Shown piece by piece: positions 19,787 to 30,246 of a stretch of 47,940 nt of DNA. The notes beneath the pieces are model-generated. The model did not search any database and was not told where the DNA came from. It saw only the letters and a program-made list of their open reading frames with translations. A program made the position numbers and the translations under genes. The first letter of the stretch is position 1. Each line of letters begins with the position of its first letter. The DNA is from Acidobacteriota bacterium (GTDB lineage Bacteria; Acidobacteriota; UBA6911; JACQSX01): the NCBI GenBank assembly GCA_036507075.1, contig DASXQR010000222.1:1-47940 (forward strand), given 5' to 3'.

Positions 19787-20134
19787 AGGGGCAAGAGTTA
19801 CCAGTGGGTGATGGCACCACCAGTCGGTGTCGGCTCCACCAACCGGTAATTCTTGCCCCTGACAACTGTTCACCTGAACTGGTAACTCTTGCCCCTGTAC
19901 ACTTGTCACTTGAAAGGCTTCGGGATACCTGCGGCACAGGTGCAGACCCTCTTAATGCTGCTTCCTTCCGGACCTGACATGATTCGAGGAGCACCTTGCA
20001 CAGGGCCCGAAGCCATTGAAGTGACAAGGGGCAAGAGTAACCAGTTACAAGTGGTGATTCACCGCAGTAACTGCGAGCCACCTTGTCAATGGTAATTCTT
20101 GCCAACGTCTGAGTTGAACCACTTGTAACTGGTT
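19787..20134. repeat. five copies of AGGGGCAAGAGTTACCAGT-like motif in both orientations in the spacers between the RNA genes
   Basis: Copies at about 19787-19805(+), 19843-19860(-), 19877-19896(-), 20027-20046(+), 20090-20103(-); also 20039-20055 pairs with 20118-20134. Confidence 0.8.
19916..20014 (-). ncRNA. ffs: signal recognition particle RNA, small bacterial type (4.5S)
   Basis: Minus strand contains TCAGGTCCGGAAGGAAGCAGCA (helix 8 core) inside a long hairpin closed by GGCTTCGGG/CCCGAAGCC. Confidence 0.93.
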
Positions 20135-20158
20135 ATTCCTGACTCCTGGTAACTTGAA

Positions 20159-20245
20159 CGGAAAGGGTGGGATTCGAACCCACGGTACGCTTTCACGTAC
20201 ACACGCTTTCCAAGCGTGCTCCTTCAGCCACTCGGACACCTTTCC
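20159..20245 (-). tRNA. tRNA-Ser(GGA), CCA not encoded
   Basis: GGAAAGG/CCTTTCC acceptor stem, CACGC-TT-GGA-AA-GCGTG anticodon arm, long variable arm, GTTCGAATC. Confidence 0.95.
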
Positions 20246-20310
20246 GCAGCTTAAACCTTTAGACTAGCTGATCGGTCGCTTTTCGCCTAATTCTTTTGTG
20301 AGCTACAGGT

Positions 20311-20338
20311 TCACCGCGAAGGCGCGAAAGCGCGAAGG
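20311..20338 (+). repeat. single copy of the ACCGCGAAGGCGCGAAAGCGCGAA repeat
   Basis: tcaccgcgaaggcgcgaaagcgcgaagg, identical to the copy at about 37461. Confidence 0.75.
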
Positions 20339-20362
20339 CAAGTTGGGGATTTTTGGGTGTGA

Positions 20363-22783
20363 ATGAGGTACCCTGAGATCAGGTCTATGGCCCGTCAGCA
20401 AAAGAAAAATAAACAACGAAAACCGGCAGTTTTAAAGGCCGGCGGAGAACCGGAGGCACCCGCAGCCGGCCCAGCCAGAGGCCGCGCTGCAAGGCGCAAC
20501 CCCCGCGACGGCTCGGCCGCAGTAAAGGAAGAACGAACGCCGCTTCGCGAACGGCAGGAAAAAAAAGATCTCTTCACGCTGTTTATGGAAAAAATCCCGG
20601 GCGCCTGCTTTATAAAGGATCGCGACGGCCGCTACCTTTACGGCAACGAAGTCTGGAAACGCCAATTCGAACCGCCGCTGGGGGATTCGTTCGAGGTCAC
20701 CGATGCGGACCTGTGGCCCCCTGAGACGGCGGCGCTCTTCCACAAGAGCGATCAGTGGGTGCTGGCCAACAACGCTCACTACCACGGGATCGAACGCGGA
20801 ACGGCCAGAAATGAAACCCGATACTGGCTGGTCAGCAAATTTCCCATTCCCGACAACAGAGGGCGTCCCGCATTCATCGGAGGAATGGCGCTCGATGTCA
20901 CGGAGAGTAAGAACGCCGAACTTGCCCTGCAGGAAAGCGAGGAGAGGTTTCGCGACCTGCTCGAGGGAGTCTTTGATGGAATTTCAATTCACGAGAAAGG
21001 CGTCATCATTCATGTAAACAGAGGACTGGCCGACATGCTCGGCTACCGTCCGGATGAAATGATCGGAAGGAACGTGCTCGATTTCCTGGCGGATAATTCC
21101 CGCGAGCTTGTCCGGCAGAAGATTGCCGCCGCGGACCAGCGGCTCTACGAAGCAACCGCGCTGAGGAAAGACGGGACTCCGGTCGAATTCGAGATTATAG
21201 GACGATTACAAAACTTTCATGGACGGCCGGTTCGCGTCACGGCGCTTCGCGACATCAGTGAACGAAAACGGGCGCAGGACAAAATACGGCAAAGCGAAAG
21301 ACTGCTGGCAGAAACCCAGCGACTGGTGCACCTGGGCAGTTGGGAGTGGAACATCGACGGTGAAACGGTTCACTGGTCCGACGAACTCTATCGCATTTAT
21401 GGATACGAACCGCAGGAATTCCCTTTAACTTCCGATTCGATCCTCAAGCACATCCACCCTGAAGACCGTGAGCGGGTAATGGAAACAATTCTGAAAGCCA
21501 GGGAGAATCATCTGACGTTCAGTTTCGAGCATGGAATCAAGCGCGTGGACGGCACAGAGCGGATTCTTCACATCCAGGGTCAGGTTATCTCCGATGCGGG
21601 AGGCAAAGCGTTCAAGATGATCGGAACAACACAGGACATAACCGAACGGCGGCGCCTCGAGGAACAGCTTCGACAGGCACAAAAGATGGAGGCAATCGGG
21701 CGGCTTGCAGGCGGAATTGCGCACGATTTTAACAACATTCTTACCGCCATTCTGGGCTACAGTGACTTGCTGTTGGAACAGTTGCCGGACTGGGACTCCA
21801 AGAAGAATGACGCGCTGGAAATCAAGAAGGCGGGAGAGCGCGCGCAGGCCCTGACGCAGCAGTTATTGGCGTTCAGCCGCAAGCAGATGCTTCGACCGGT
21901 GGTCATCGATTTGAATGAGGTGATTTCGGACATGGAGAAAATGCTGGCGCGGTTGATCGGCGAACATGTGCGGCTGGTGACCAGGCTCGATCCGGCCCTT
22001 GAGCGCGTGAGACTGGATCGCGGACAGATCGAGCAGGTGATTTTGAACCTGGCGATCAACGGGCGCGATGCCATGCCCGAAGGAGGTCAGTTGACAATTC
22101 GAACCGGCAAGTTTGCGCCGGGCGAAATCCTCCCCAAAACCGTTCCGTTAGGAGCGGTGATGCTGGAAGTGACGGATACCGGGATGGGAATGGACAAAGA
22201 AATCCGGTCCAAGGTGTTTGAGCCTTTCTTTACAACCAAGGAAAAGGAAAAGGGAACCGGCCTTGGCCTTTCAACCGTCTACGGGATCGTCAAGCAGAGC
22301 GGTGGAGACATCGAAGTGGAGAGCGATGAGGAGGGAACCACCTTCAGGATTTACTTTCCGGCGGCCGAAGAACCTACCCCCCTGAAACCCGATCGACGGC
22401 CGGCGCGTCCACAGGCTCGCGGCGCTGAGACAATTCTGCTGGTCGAGGACGAACCGGCGGTGCGTTCGCTGGCGCGTCGGGTATTACAGATGAGCGGCTA
22501 TGCGGTGCTGGACGCGTCCAATGCGGGAGAGGCGATGCTGATTTGTCAGAACCACTCCGGGCCGATTCATCTGCTGATCACCGACGTGGTAATGCCTCAG
22601 ATGAGCGGTCGCCAGTTGGCGCAATCGCTGTCGCCGCTGCGACCGGAAATGAAGATCATCTTTATGTCCGGATATGCCGATGACGTTCTGGACGGCGATT
22701 TTCCAGCGAACGAAGTCCCGTTTCTGGGAAAGCCTTTCACAGCCGACCTGTTGTTGCAGAAAGTGCGTGACGTATTGAAATAG
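20363..22783 (+). CDS. cytoplasmic PAS-domain hybrid sensor histidine kinase / response regulator
   Basis: Three PAS/PAC blocks; GGIAHDFNNIL H-box; NLAINGRDAM; DTGMGM; FTTK..GTGLGL; receiver ILLVEDE..LITDVVMP..KPF. Confidence 0.92.
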   Translation: MRYPEIRSMARQQKKNKQRKPAVLKAGGEPEAPAAGPARGRAARRNPRDGSAAVKEERTPLRERQEKKDLFTLFMEKIPGACFIKDRDGRYLYGNEVWKRQFEPPLGDSFEVTDADLWPPETAALFHKSDQWVLANNAHYHGIERGTARNETRYWLVSKFPIPDNRGRPAFIGGMALDVTESKNAELALQESEERFRDLLEGVFDGISIHEKGVIIHVNRGLADMLGYRPDEMIGRNVLDFLADNSRELVRQKIAAADQRLYEATALRKDGTPVEFEIIGRLQNFHGRPVRVTALRDISERKRAQDKIRQSERLLAETQRLVHLGSWEWNIDGETVHWSDELYRIYGYEPQEFPLTSDSILKHIHPEDRERVMETILKARENHLTFSFEHGIKRVDGTERILHIQGQVISDAGGKAFKMIGTTQDITERRRLEEQLRQAQKMEAIGRLAGGIAHDFNNILTAILGYSDLLLEQLPDWDSKKNDALEIKKAGERAQALTQQLLAFSRKQMLRPVVIDLNEVISDMEKMLARLIGEHVRLVTRLDPALERVRLDRGQIEQVILNLAINGRDAMPEGGQLTIRTGKFAPGEILPKTVPLGAVMLEVTDTGMGMDKEIRSKVFEPFFTTKEKEKGTGLGLSTVYGIVKQSGGDIEVESDEEGTTFRIYFPAAEEPTPLKPDRRPARPQARGAETILLVEDEPAVRSLARRVLQMSGYAVLDASNAGEAMLICQNHSGPIHLLITDVVMPQMSGRQLAQSLSPLRPEMKIIFMSGYADDVLDGDFPANEVPFLGKPFTADLLLQKVRDVLK

Positions 22784-22845
22784 ATTTAGTTTGGGAAAAA
22801 ATCCGTCACTTCTTGCCCTTTGGCATGATTTTCCCGGCGTCTTCA

Positions 22846-23040
22846 AAATGCGGAATTCAGAATGCGGAATGTTTCAAATGCGGAATTCGGAATGGGGAAT
22901 GTGGCATGGTTCAGATGCGGGTCCCGGGTTAATCAGAGGTCGGACGCGGTCTACACAGCGGAAATTCGTTTATTCCCATTCCACATTCCGCATTCCGAAT
23001 TCCGCATTCGGTAGATTCCGCATTCCGAACTCCCCATTTG
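22846..23040. repeat. inverted pair of 7-bp tandem arrays (GCGGAAT / ATTCCGC)
   Basis: aatgcggaattcagaatgcggaat... and ...attccgcattccgaattccgcattc. Confidence 0.85.
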
Positions 23041-23099
23041 CGGCTGATGTTTCATAATTTGATTCACTTGAAGTCTTGCTCCTGCTAATTTGAACCAGA

Positions 23100-24668
23100 A
23101 TGACCTATACCGTAATCGCGCGCAAGTGGCGGCCTCAAAATTTTGAGGACGTCGTCGGCCAGAAGACCATCACTCAAACGCTGCAGAATGCAATCCGGTC
23201 CAACCGGGTGGGGCACGCGTTTCTTTTCTCCGGACCGCGCGGTGTGGGAAAAACCACGGTCGCCCGGATTCTGGCGCGCGCGTTGAACTGCCATCGCGGA
23301 CCGACGCCTCAACCATGCGGCGAGTGTCCGTCGTGCCTGGAAATTGCGGCCGGTAACGCGCTGGATGTCCTGGAAATAGATGCGGCTTCAAACACGGGTG
23401 TAGACAACATTCGCGAGCTCAGAGAGACCCTTCAGTACCGAACCGCCCGCGATCGATTTAAGATCTTCATCATTGATGAAGTTCATATGCTGTCCAATGC
23501 CGCTTTTAACGCGCTGCTGAAGACTCTTGAAGAGCCACCCGAGCATGTGAAGTTCATCATGGCGACCACGGAACCCCACCGCATTCCCGTCACCATCCTG
23601 TCGCGGTGCCAGCAATTCGAGTTCAAGATGATACCCTACCAGCAGATCTTTGACAGGCTGCGCCTGATCGCGCAGCGGGAGGGAATTGAGATCTCCGACT
23701 ACGCCCTGCGGCTGGTCTGCAGCGCCAGCGAAGGCAGCATGCGCGATGCCCAGTCCGCGCTGGACCAGATTCTGGCCTTCAGCGGCGCCGAAGTACGCGA
23801 TGAGGACGTACGATCATTGCTCGGCGTAATTGCGGAAGATTCATTGAACGCCGTCGTGGATTCCCTGATCAAGCGCGATCGCAAACAAATGCTGGACCAA
23901 CTGAGCGAAATAGCGCGGCATGGCCATGACCTGCAAGTGTTCTGCCGAAAACTGCTGGAGCATTTTCGCCATCTGCTGGTTATCAAAGCTGCCGGATTCC
24001 ATCCCGACATGATTCCGGTAACCTCAGCCCAGGCGAATCTCCTGAAGGAGCAGTCGGAAAACTTCTCGGAAATCGACCTGCTGCGAAGCTACGACTTGAT
24101 GTTCCGGGCGGAAAGCGAGCTGCGCTGGCATTCCGTTCCGCTGTTCCATCTGGAAATTACGCTGCTGAAGGTCCTCCAGCTTCCCCATCTGGAGGAAATT
24201 GAAAAAGTCCTGGCCGGCACAAAGGCGGCAGGAGGAACCGGCGGCGCCAAATCCGCGCCCAAATCGTCGCGGCCGGTTGATCCGGGCGGGCAGGAAGACG
24301 AGCCGGAAAAGGATGGGCGTAATCCGCTGATCCAGTCCGTGCTTGAGAACGTACACCAGCAGCGTCCTTCTTTGTCTGCCTTCCTGGAGCGGGCAGGTCT
24401 CGAGATCACTTCTGACCAGTTCACCATACGTTTTGGCCCGCGACAGAAATTTGCGCGGCAATGTGTTGAAGAGAAGGGAAACCTGGAACTACTGGAAAGA
24501 ATATGCGCGGGCTTGACCGGCAGTCCCTGTCGCGTTCGCATCGAAAGTGAGGAACCGGATTCGGCGCCGCCGGAAACGAAATCGCATCGCGCCCTGCAGG
24601 ATCCCAGAGTTCAACTCTTTCGTGAAGCTTTCCCGGGTAAAATATCTATCGAGGATTTGCCAGAATGA
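23100..24668 (+). CDS. dnaX: DNA polymerase III subunit gamma/tau
   Basis: ARKWRPQNFEDVVGQ; FSGPRGVGKTT; PCGECPSC; EIDAASN; IIDEVHML; SRC. Confidence 0.96.
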   Translation: MTYTVIARKWRPQNFEDVVGQKTITQTLQNAIRSNRVGHAFLFSGPRGVGKTTVARILARALNCHRGPTPQPCGECPSCLEIAAGNALDVLEIDAASNTGVDNIRELRETLQYRTARDRFKIFIIDEVHMLSNAAFNALLKTLEEPPEHVKFIMATTEPHRIPVTILSRCQQFEFKMIPYQQIFDRLRLIAQREGIEISDYALRLVCSASEGSMRDAQSALDQILAFSGAEVRDEDVRSLLGVIAEDSLNAVVDSLIKRDRKQMLDQLSEIARHGHDLQVFCRKLLEHFRHLLVIKAAGFHPDMIPVTSAQANLLKEQSENFSEIDLLRSYDLMFRAESELRWHSVPLFHLEITLLKVLQLPHLEEIEKVLAGTKAAGGTGGAKSAPKSSRPVDPGGQEDEPEKDGRNPLIQSVLENVHQQRPSLSAFLERAGLEITSDQFTIRFGPRQKFARQCVEEKGNLELLERICAGLTGSPCRVRIESEEPDSAPPETKSHRALQDPRVQLFREAFPGKISIEDLPE

Positions 24669-24964
24669 CGAACTTTCAGCAATTGATGAACCAGGCCAGG
24701 CAGATGCAGGAAAAGCTGCAGAAAGAAATGGCCAACCTCAAGGTTGAAGCTTCCGCCGGCGGAGGCATGGTCGCAGTCACCATGAACGGAGCAAAGCAAC
24801 TGGTCTCCGTGCGAATCGATAAGCAGGCGCTGGAGAATGACAACGAAATGCTGCAGGACCTTGTCATGGCGGCAGTCAACGAAGCGAGCCGAAAGGTGGA
24901 CGAGACGCTGGGCAGCCAGTTGGGAAATCTGGCGGGAGGGTTCAACCTTAAAGGGTTGTTGTAA
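24665..24964 (+). CDS. ybaB: YbaB/EbfC nucleoid-associated protein
   Basis: QARQMQEK..EASAGGGMVAVTMNG..MLQDLVMAAVNEA; dnaX-ybaB-recR synteny. Confidence 0.93.
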   Translation: MTNFQQLMNQARQMQEKLQKEMANLKVEASAGGGMVAVTMNGAKQLVSVRIDKQALENDNEMLQDLVMAAVNEASRKVDETLGSQLGNLAGGFNLKGLL

Positions 24965-25567
24965 ATGGAAGACCTGGCCGGACCGGTCGCGCGCCTGATT
25001 GACGAATTCAAGAAGATGCCGGGCATCGGACCGAAATCGGCTCAACGGCTTGTGTTTGCACTGATTCGCCGATCTTCGGATGACTGCGCCCGTCTGGCCC
25101 AGGCAATCCTGGATTTGAAAAGCAAGATCGGGCTTTGCTCCGAGTGCAATAACATAACCGATGTAGATCCCTGTCACTTCTGTTCGAACCCCTCGCGCAA
25201 CCACCAGGTCATTTGCGTGGTGGAAGACCCGTTCAATGTCTATTCCATTGAAAAGACGCGCGAGTTCAAGGGTGTCTACCACATTCTTCACGGCGCGCTT
25301 TCTCCTATCAACGGCGTGGGTCCTGAAGACCTGAAGCTGAAAAACCTGTTCGGCCGAATCCAGCGCGATCGCGTGGAGGAAGTCATTCTGGCCACCAATC
25401 CCAATATTGAAGGAGAAGCCACGGCAATCTATTTGTCGCGCCTTCTCAAACCGTTGGGCTTGAAGGTGACGCGCATTGCGCTGGGAATTCCTGTGGGTAG
25501 CGATCTCGAGTATGCCGACGAAGTTACGCTCTCCAAAGCGCTGTCGGGCCGCCGCGATATGGAATAG
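24965..25567 (+). CDS. recR: recombination mediator RecR
   Basis: [12 protein letters not shown]hH, C4 zinc finger, Toprim [16 protein letters not shown]. Confidence 0.96.
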   Translation: MEDLAGPVARLIDEFKKMPGIGPKSAQRLVFALIRRSSDDCARLAQAILDLKSKIGLCSECNNITDVDPCHFCSNPSRNHQVICVVEDPFNVYSIEKTREFKGVYHILHGALSPINGVGPEDLKLKNLFGRIQRDRVEEVILATNPNIEGEATAIYLSRLLKPLGLKVTRIALGIPVGSDLEYADEVTLSKALSGRRDME

Positions 25568-25718
25568 CTTGCCATCGTGTGTAACATGATTACAGAGGCT
25601 TGAAAAACGCCGCACCGTCTTGGTGTGTTCGTCCCTCCTACTGGCCTGCTAATTGCTTCCCTTATCCGTGCTGAGTGGCTCTGCTCGGCAAACCGAACTC
25701 AAACCTGGAGAGGAAAAG

Positions 25719-27299
25719 ATGCGACAAAACACTCAAAAGCACACTTTGGACTACGACCAGGAGAACGCAGAAGGCCTCTACTTTGCGGAAGATCCGCGTG
25801 AAAAGAATGCAGAAGAATCTTCAGCCAGCGCCGAAAGTGCGGAAAATATTTCAGTGCCCGACGCGGATCCGACTAATCTCTACTTTAAGGAGATGGGCCG
25901 AATTCCGTTGTTGGATAGAAAAAAGGAACTGGACCTGGCCCAGCGCATAGACAATGCAAAAATCAACATTGAAAACACTTTGACACAGACCTTTTATATG
26001 GCCCACGTCGTCATCGACGGCAAAAACAGGCTGGTGCGCCATACGATGAAAATCAAGAACTTCCTGGCCCTCGATAACGATCTCAAAAGGAAAGAGTTGA
26101 AGTCCATCCGTTTAAGGACGGTTGCCAGGATCGAAGACCTGGAGCGCCAGGTGCAAAAGCTGGAGGCTTCTCTTGCCAAGTCCAACGCAAAGCAGCGTGA
26201 ATTTCTTGCACTTCGGGCGCGGCGTCAGATTTCAAAGGCTATCCACAACCTCGGGCTCAACTATGACATTGTTAACAGGCATGCTGAACTTTTTCTCCTT
26301 CACGAAGCAGATCTGCGGCGACTGGTGCGGCGCATAAAGAAAATCAAAGAGGAGTGCGCGGGAAAACGCACGCCTGCCGTCGCGGCGAAGATTCATGATC
26401 TGGAGGCACAGATCAGGACTGTCGAGTCGACACTTTATGCGGGACGGACCGAAATCCTGAAGACCGGCGAAATCCTGCGGCGCCATCAGATCGAAATCCA
26501 GCATGCAAAAGAGGACCTTACGGCGGCCAATCTTCGCCTGGTAGTTTCGATTGCGAAAAAGTATTCCTGCCGCAACCTTCATTTTCTTGACCTGGTGCAG
26601 GAAGGCAATATCGGGTTAATGCGGGCTGTGGAGAAATTCGATCATCATCGCGGCTACAAGTTTTCGACTTATGCAACGTGGTGGATTCGCCAATCGATCA
26701 CCCGCGCCATTGCCGATCACGGACGAACCATTCGCATTCCGGTGCATATGGTTGAAACCATCAACAAGGTGTTCAAACTGGTAAACGAGTTCACACAGGA
26801 AAACGGGCGCGAGCCCAGTGAAGACGAAATCGCCCGAGCCATGAAGATGCCGGTCAAGAAGGTGCGCAAGATCTTCAAGATCGCGCAGGAACCGGTTTCA
26901 TTGGAAGCGGTAGTGGGCGACAACGACGATGCGGCCATCGCCGACTTTATCGAAGACAAGTCCTCGATCAATCCTGACAGCAACGTGCTCAAGGGGATGC
27001 TGGGCAAATACACCGATTCCATTCTGCATACGCTTACCCCGCGCGAAGAGCGGATCATGCGGTTGAGATTCGGCCTGTCCGAAAACGGCAAAGAGCATAC
27101 GCTGGAGGAAATCGGCAGGATACTGGGCGTTACGCGTGAGCGGATCCGCCAGATCGAGAAAAAGGCCATTCAAAAGCTGAAGCAGTGCATGCGCTTCCGC
27201 CGCATGCACGAACTGCTTCCCGCAGCCGGCGACAAACAGCTCAGCTCCCGTCGCCGCGGCATTTTCTTCGGCGCAGAACAAATCGCCTCCGGGCAGTGA
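25719..27299 (+). CDS. RpoD/SigA-family sigma-70 factor, probably a paralogue lacking region 1.1
   Basis: Region 1.2 [60 protein letters not shown]; region 4 [26 protein letters not shown] before ATG 25719. Confidence 0.9.
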   Translation: MRQNTQKHTLDYDQENAEGLYFAEDPREKNAEESSASAESAENISVPDADPTNLYFKEMGRIPLLDRKKELDLAQRIDNAKINIENTLTQTFYMAHVVIDGKNRLVRHTMKIKNFLALDNDLKRKELKSIRLRTVARIEDLERQVQKLEASLAKSNAKQREFLALRARRQISKAIHNLGLNYDIVNRHAELFLLHEADLRRLVRRIKKIKEECAGKRTPAVAAKIHDLEAQIRTVESTLYAGRTEILKTGEILRRHQIEIQHAKEDLTAANLRLVVSIAKKYSCRNLHFLDLVQEGNIGLMRAVEKFDHHRGYKFSTYATWWIRQSITRAIADHGRTIRIPVHMVETINKVFKLVNEFTQENGREPSEDEIARAMKMPVKKVRKIFKIAQEPVSLEAVVGDNDDAAIADFIEDKSSINPDSNVLKGMLGKYTDSILHTLTPREERIMRLRFGLSENGKEHTLEEIGRILGVTRERIRQIEKKAIQKLKQCMRFRRMHELLPAAGDKQLSSRRRGIFFGAEQIASGQ

Positions 27300-27304
27300 G
27301 CCCC

Positions 27305-27411
27305 AAATGCTGAATGCGGAATGTCGAACGCGGAATGGGTGGTGTGTTACCGCCAGCTCCGGGAATCTGACCGCAACATATTCCGCATTCCGCATTCCGA
27401 AATCCGCATTT
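27305..27411. repeat. inverted pair of 7-bp tandem arrays (GCGGAAT / ATTCCGC)
   Basis: aaatgctgaatgcggaatg... and ...attccgcattccgcattccgaaatccgcattt. Confidence 0.8.
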
Positions 27412-27487
27412 GATGGCAGCCTTTTGGCTGACGGTTAGACCAGCCAGTTCGCCCCCCGCCGCGGCTGCTGTACAATGGCAGACGCTC

Positions 27488-29395
27488 ATGACTAATCGGC
27501 GAGTCCTGCTTCTTCTTGCCTCCTTCGGCCTGCTTTTCGTGTTACTGGTCATTCTTCTCTTCTATCAGCGCACCAAGGAAAGCTCCGTTCTGTCCCAGCA
27601 AAGCCTGGAGGACCCGGTTCAACTGGTGGAACAAATAGAAAGCGAAGTCGACCTGTTTCGCCAGTTCCAGCAGGAGCGCGGCGAAGCCATTGGCAGCGTG
27701 TCGGAGCGTCTGATCGTTGACAATCTGATCCAGGCTCAAAAGGACAAGATTGAATCATTGATCGGGCTTGCCCGCGTGCGGCTGAAGCTTCTCGGCGTTC
27801 AGGAGGAAGCGGAAGTCATCCGGCTGCGAGCTGAACTGGCCCAGAAGGAAAAGGAGCTGGAGGCGGCCAGCGGGCTGAAGGCAGAGCAACTCCAAGTGGA
27901 AATTCACACGCTGAAACACAAGCTCGAGGCTCTCGAGCTTAAGTCCGAACAGGCAAATCCCGCGCTTGGAAGCCGGCGTGGCATCAGCAACGCCCAGACG
28001 TCGCTCATTCAAAGCAGATTGAAGAGCATCAGCAAAAGCATCGAGGAAGCAAGTCTGCAAGGGAAGGTCGAAGGGGGCGAATCGACCCGGGGCATGTGGG
28101 CCGATCTGATGCTTTTGCTTGGCACCGGTGGCCGCTCAAATCGAATCAAGCATTACCAGCAGGACGTGGAACGCCAGCACGAGGTGGTATTTGCTTACCT
28201 GAACCGCCTTTGGGAAGAGCATCAGAGTCTGCTGCAGCGGCTGGCCCAGGCGGGTGTCGGCCAGGCGCAGCAAGTCACTCTGAAAGTACATCAGGATTCA
28301 GCCGAGATGATTGAAAGCCTGCGCGCTCTCAACGCGGTTGTTGACGAGCAATTGCGGCTGCTGGCCCGCTGGAGGGACACACTCTGGAGAGATTCCACTG
28401 ATATTGCGCTGCGACTGCTGGTTCGAATTCTTGGCCTGGCCATGGTCATTGTTGCGATCCTGCTCTTGTCCATGCTGCTGGGCAAGGTCCCGGATCGCTT
28501 TGTTCACGATGAGAAGAGTCGCTATTACTCGCGCAAGATCATACATTTTGTGACGGTGTTCGCAGTGATCATGTCGGCGGTTTTCGCTCTGCTGGGCCAG
28601 TTCATTTATCTGGGCCCGGTCATCGGCCTGGTCGGCGCCGGTTTGGCAATTGCCCTTCAGGATGTAATTGTCAGTATTGTCGGGTGGTTCTTCATCATTG
28701 GGCGTCTCGGCCTGTCGGTGGGTGATCGCGTCGAGATTAACGATGTTAAAGGCGATGTGATCGATATCGGCGTCTTTCGCACTGTTCTTCTGGAGGTGGG
28801 AAACTGGGTGCAGACCGAGCAGGCGACCGGCAGGGTTGTCTTTTTTCCAAACAGCTTTGTATTTCGAAACCACTTCTTCAACTATCACATCGGGAGCCGC
28901 TTCATCTGGGACGAAATCACCGTCACGCTCACCTACGAGAGCAACTGGCGCAAGGCGAAGGAAGCCCTGCTGCGGATTGCCGAAGAAGCCGTGGCGCCCG
29001 ATATCCAAGCCGCCGAGCAGGAGATGCGCACCATGGCCAGGCGCTTTTTGCTGAAGGTGGGGAAGCTCACCCCCATCGTGTATACGCAAATGGCCGACAG
29101 CGGCGTATCGCTGGTGGTGAGATATGTCACTCCCGTGCGGGCCCGCAGAACTTATTTCGACGACATCACTGAGAAGATCCTGAGCTATATCGAGAGCCAG
29201 CCGGACGTGGAGCTCGCTTATCCCACGCGCCGGAATCTGCAGGAGCCGGTGCCTCACGTGGAGTCACCGAAGGAAGTACATCGGAAGCGGACCGTGTCGA
29301 CGGTTGCCGACCGTCCCCCCAGCGACGTGGCGCCGATCCAGGAGCGAACGTCGGAAACTTTAGAAGAAGCTCCGTCCGTTACCGAGAAGGATTGA
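27488..29395 (+). CDS. MscS family mechanosensitive channel with long N-terminal coiled-coil domain
   Basis: GLVGAGLAIALQD; LSVGDRVEINDVKGDVIDIG..T; GRVVFFPNS; ELAYPTR. Confidence 0.88.
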   Translation: MTNRRVLLLLASFGLLFVLLVILLFYQRTKESSVLSQQSLEDPVQLVEQIESEVDLFRQFQQERGEAIGSVSERLIVDNLIQAQKDKIESLIGLARVRLKLLGVQEEAEVIRLRAELAQKEKELEAASGLKAEQLQVEIHTLKHKLEALELKSEQANPALGSRRGISNAQTSLIQSRLKSISKSIEEASLQGKVEGGESTRGMWADLMLLLGTGGRSNRIKHYQQDVERQHEVVFAYLNRLWEEHQSLLQRLAQAGVGQAQQVTLKVHQDSAEMIESLRALNAVVDEQLRLLARWRDTLWRDSTDIALRLLVRILGLAMVIVAILLLSMLLGKVPDRFVHDEKSRYYSRKIIHFVTVFAVIMSAVFALLGQFIYLGPVIGLVGAGLAIALQDVIVSIVGWFFIIGRLGLSVGDRVEINDVKGDVIDIGVFRTVLLEVGNWVQTEQATGRVVFFPNSFVFRNHFFNYHIGSRFIWDEITVTLTYESNWRKAKEALLRIAEEAVAPDIQAAEQEMRTMARRFLLKVGKLTPIVYTQMADSGVSLVVRYVTPVRARRTYFDDITEKILSYIESQPDVELAYPTRRNLQEPVPHVESPKEVHRKRTVSTVADRPPSDVAPIQERTSETLEEAPSVTEKD

Positions 29396-29597
29396 TGGAG
29401 GGACGGAGGGACGGAGGGATGGAGGGATTGAGGGATGGAGGGATGGAGAGATTGCTCTCATGTTCCTCAGTCCCTCCGTCTCTCAGTCCCTCCGTCTCTC
29501 AGTCTCTCCATCCCTCCATCCCTCCCTCTCTCCCTCTCTCCCTCTCTCCATCCCTCCATCCCTCCATCCCTCCATCCCTTCATCCCTCCATCCCTTC
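29393..29597. repeat. inverted pair of 8-bp tandem arrays (GGAGGGAT / ATCCCTCC)
   Basis: gatggagggacggagggacggagggatggaggg... and ...ccatccctccatccctcc... Confidence 0.88.
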
Positions 29598-30069
29598 AAT
29601 GCCCGGCGCCGTGGATGATCTCGACGGCGTGCTTGAGCAGCGGTAGCACGGCGTTTAGACTCTCCTCTGCTCCTTTTTGACTGCCCGGAAGATTGAGTAT
29701 CAACGTGTGGCTGCGGACTGCGGCCAGCGAGCGGCTCAATGCCGCGCGTGGGGTCTTCTTCAATCCTTCGCTCCGCATCAGTTCTGCAAGGCCGGGCACG
29801 ATTTTGTCTGCAATTGCCGTGGTGGCTTCCGGAGTAACGTCACGTGGTCCCAGCCCGGTTCCGCCCGTTGTGATCAGCAGGTCGGCATCGCCTTGATCGC
29901 AGATCTGTTCGAAGCGTTTTGCAAGTCCTTCCTGGTCATCGGGCAACAGCGTGCGGCTGACAATTTCAAAGCCGGCTGCCTTCAAGATTGAGGCAAGCGA
30001 ATCTCCGGATGTATCTTGCCTGGTTCCGTGAAAACAACTGTCGCTGACAGTGATCAGGGCAACTTTCAT
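29596..30069 (-). CDS. MogA/MoaB family molybdopterin adenylyltransferase
   Basis: LITVSD...DTSG; LITTGGTGLGPRDVTPEAT; ILNLPGS; downstream of moaD-moaE. Confidence 0.9.
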   Translation of the reverse strand: MKVALITVSDSCFHGTRQDTSGDSLASILKAAGFEIVSRTLLPDDQEGLAKRFEQICDQGDADLLITTGGTGLGPRDVTPEATTAIADKIVPGLAELMRSEGLKKTPRAALSRSLAAVRSHTLILNLPGSQKGAEESLNAVLPLLKHAVEIIHGAGH

Positions 30070-30079
30070 CCTGCTCCCA

Positions 30080-30246
30080 AAACTTGAACCGCCAAGAGCG
30101 CCAAGAACGCAAAACACTTGAACCGCCAAGACCACCAAGAACGCGAAGCTTGAACTTTGATTCGGTGGTCACAATGTGAGTCTTCGGACAGATTCAAGGT
30201 TCTTCGCGTTCTTGGCGCTCTTGGCGGTTCAAGTGTTTCGCGTTCT
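30080..30246. repeat. REP-like element with 9-bp periodicity (two direct copies plus one inverted)
   Basis: ttgaaccgccaagagcgccaagaacgc twice, then gcgttcttggcgctcttggcggttcaa. Confidence 0.8.

Noticed and set aside
19678..20245. tRNA-Ser genes as attachment sites of an island or prophage
   Set aside because: No integrase and no duplicated tRNA 3' end was found in the window.
23100..24668. Programmed -1 frameshift in dnaX
   Set aside because: No A-AAA-AAG slippery site with stimulatory elements was noticed.
24611..25615. 334-aa minus-strand ORF
   Set aside because: Antisense shadow of ybaB-recR.
29392..29680. Low-complexity ORFs (PSIPPSL..), and similar ones at 10288-10685, 22791-23057 and 30639-30905
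   Set aside because: They are translations of the tandem arrays.
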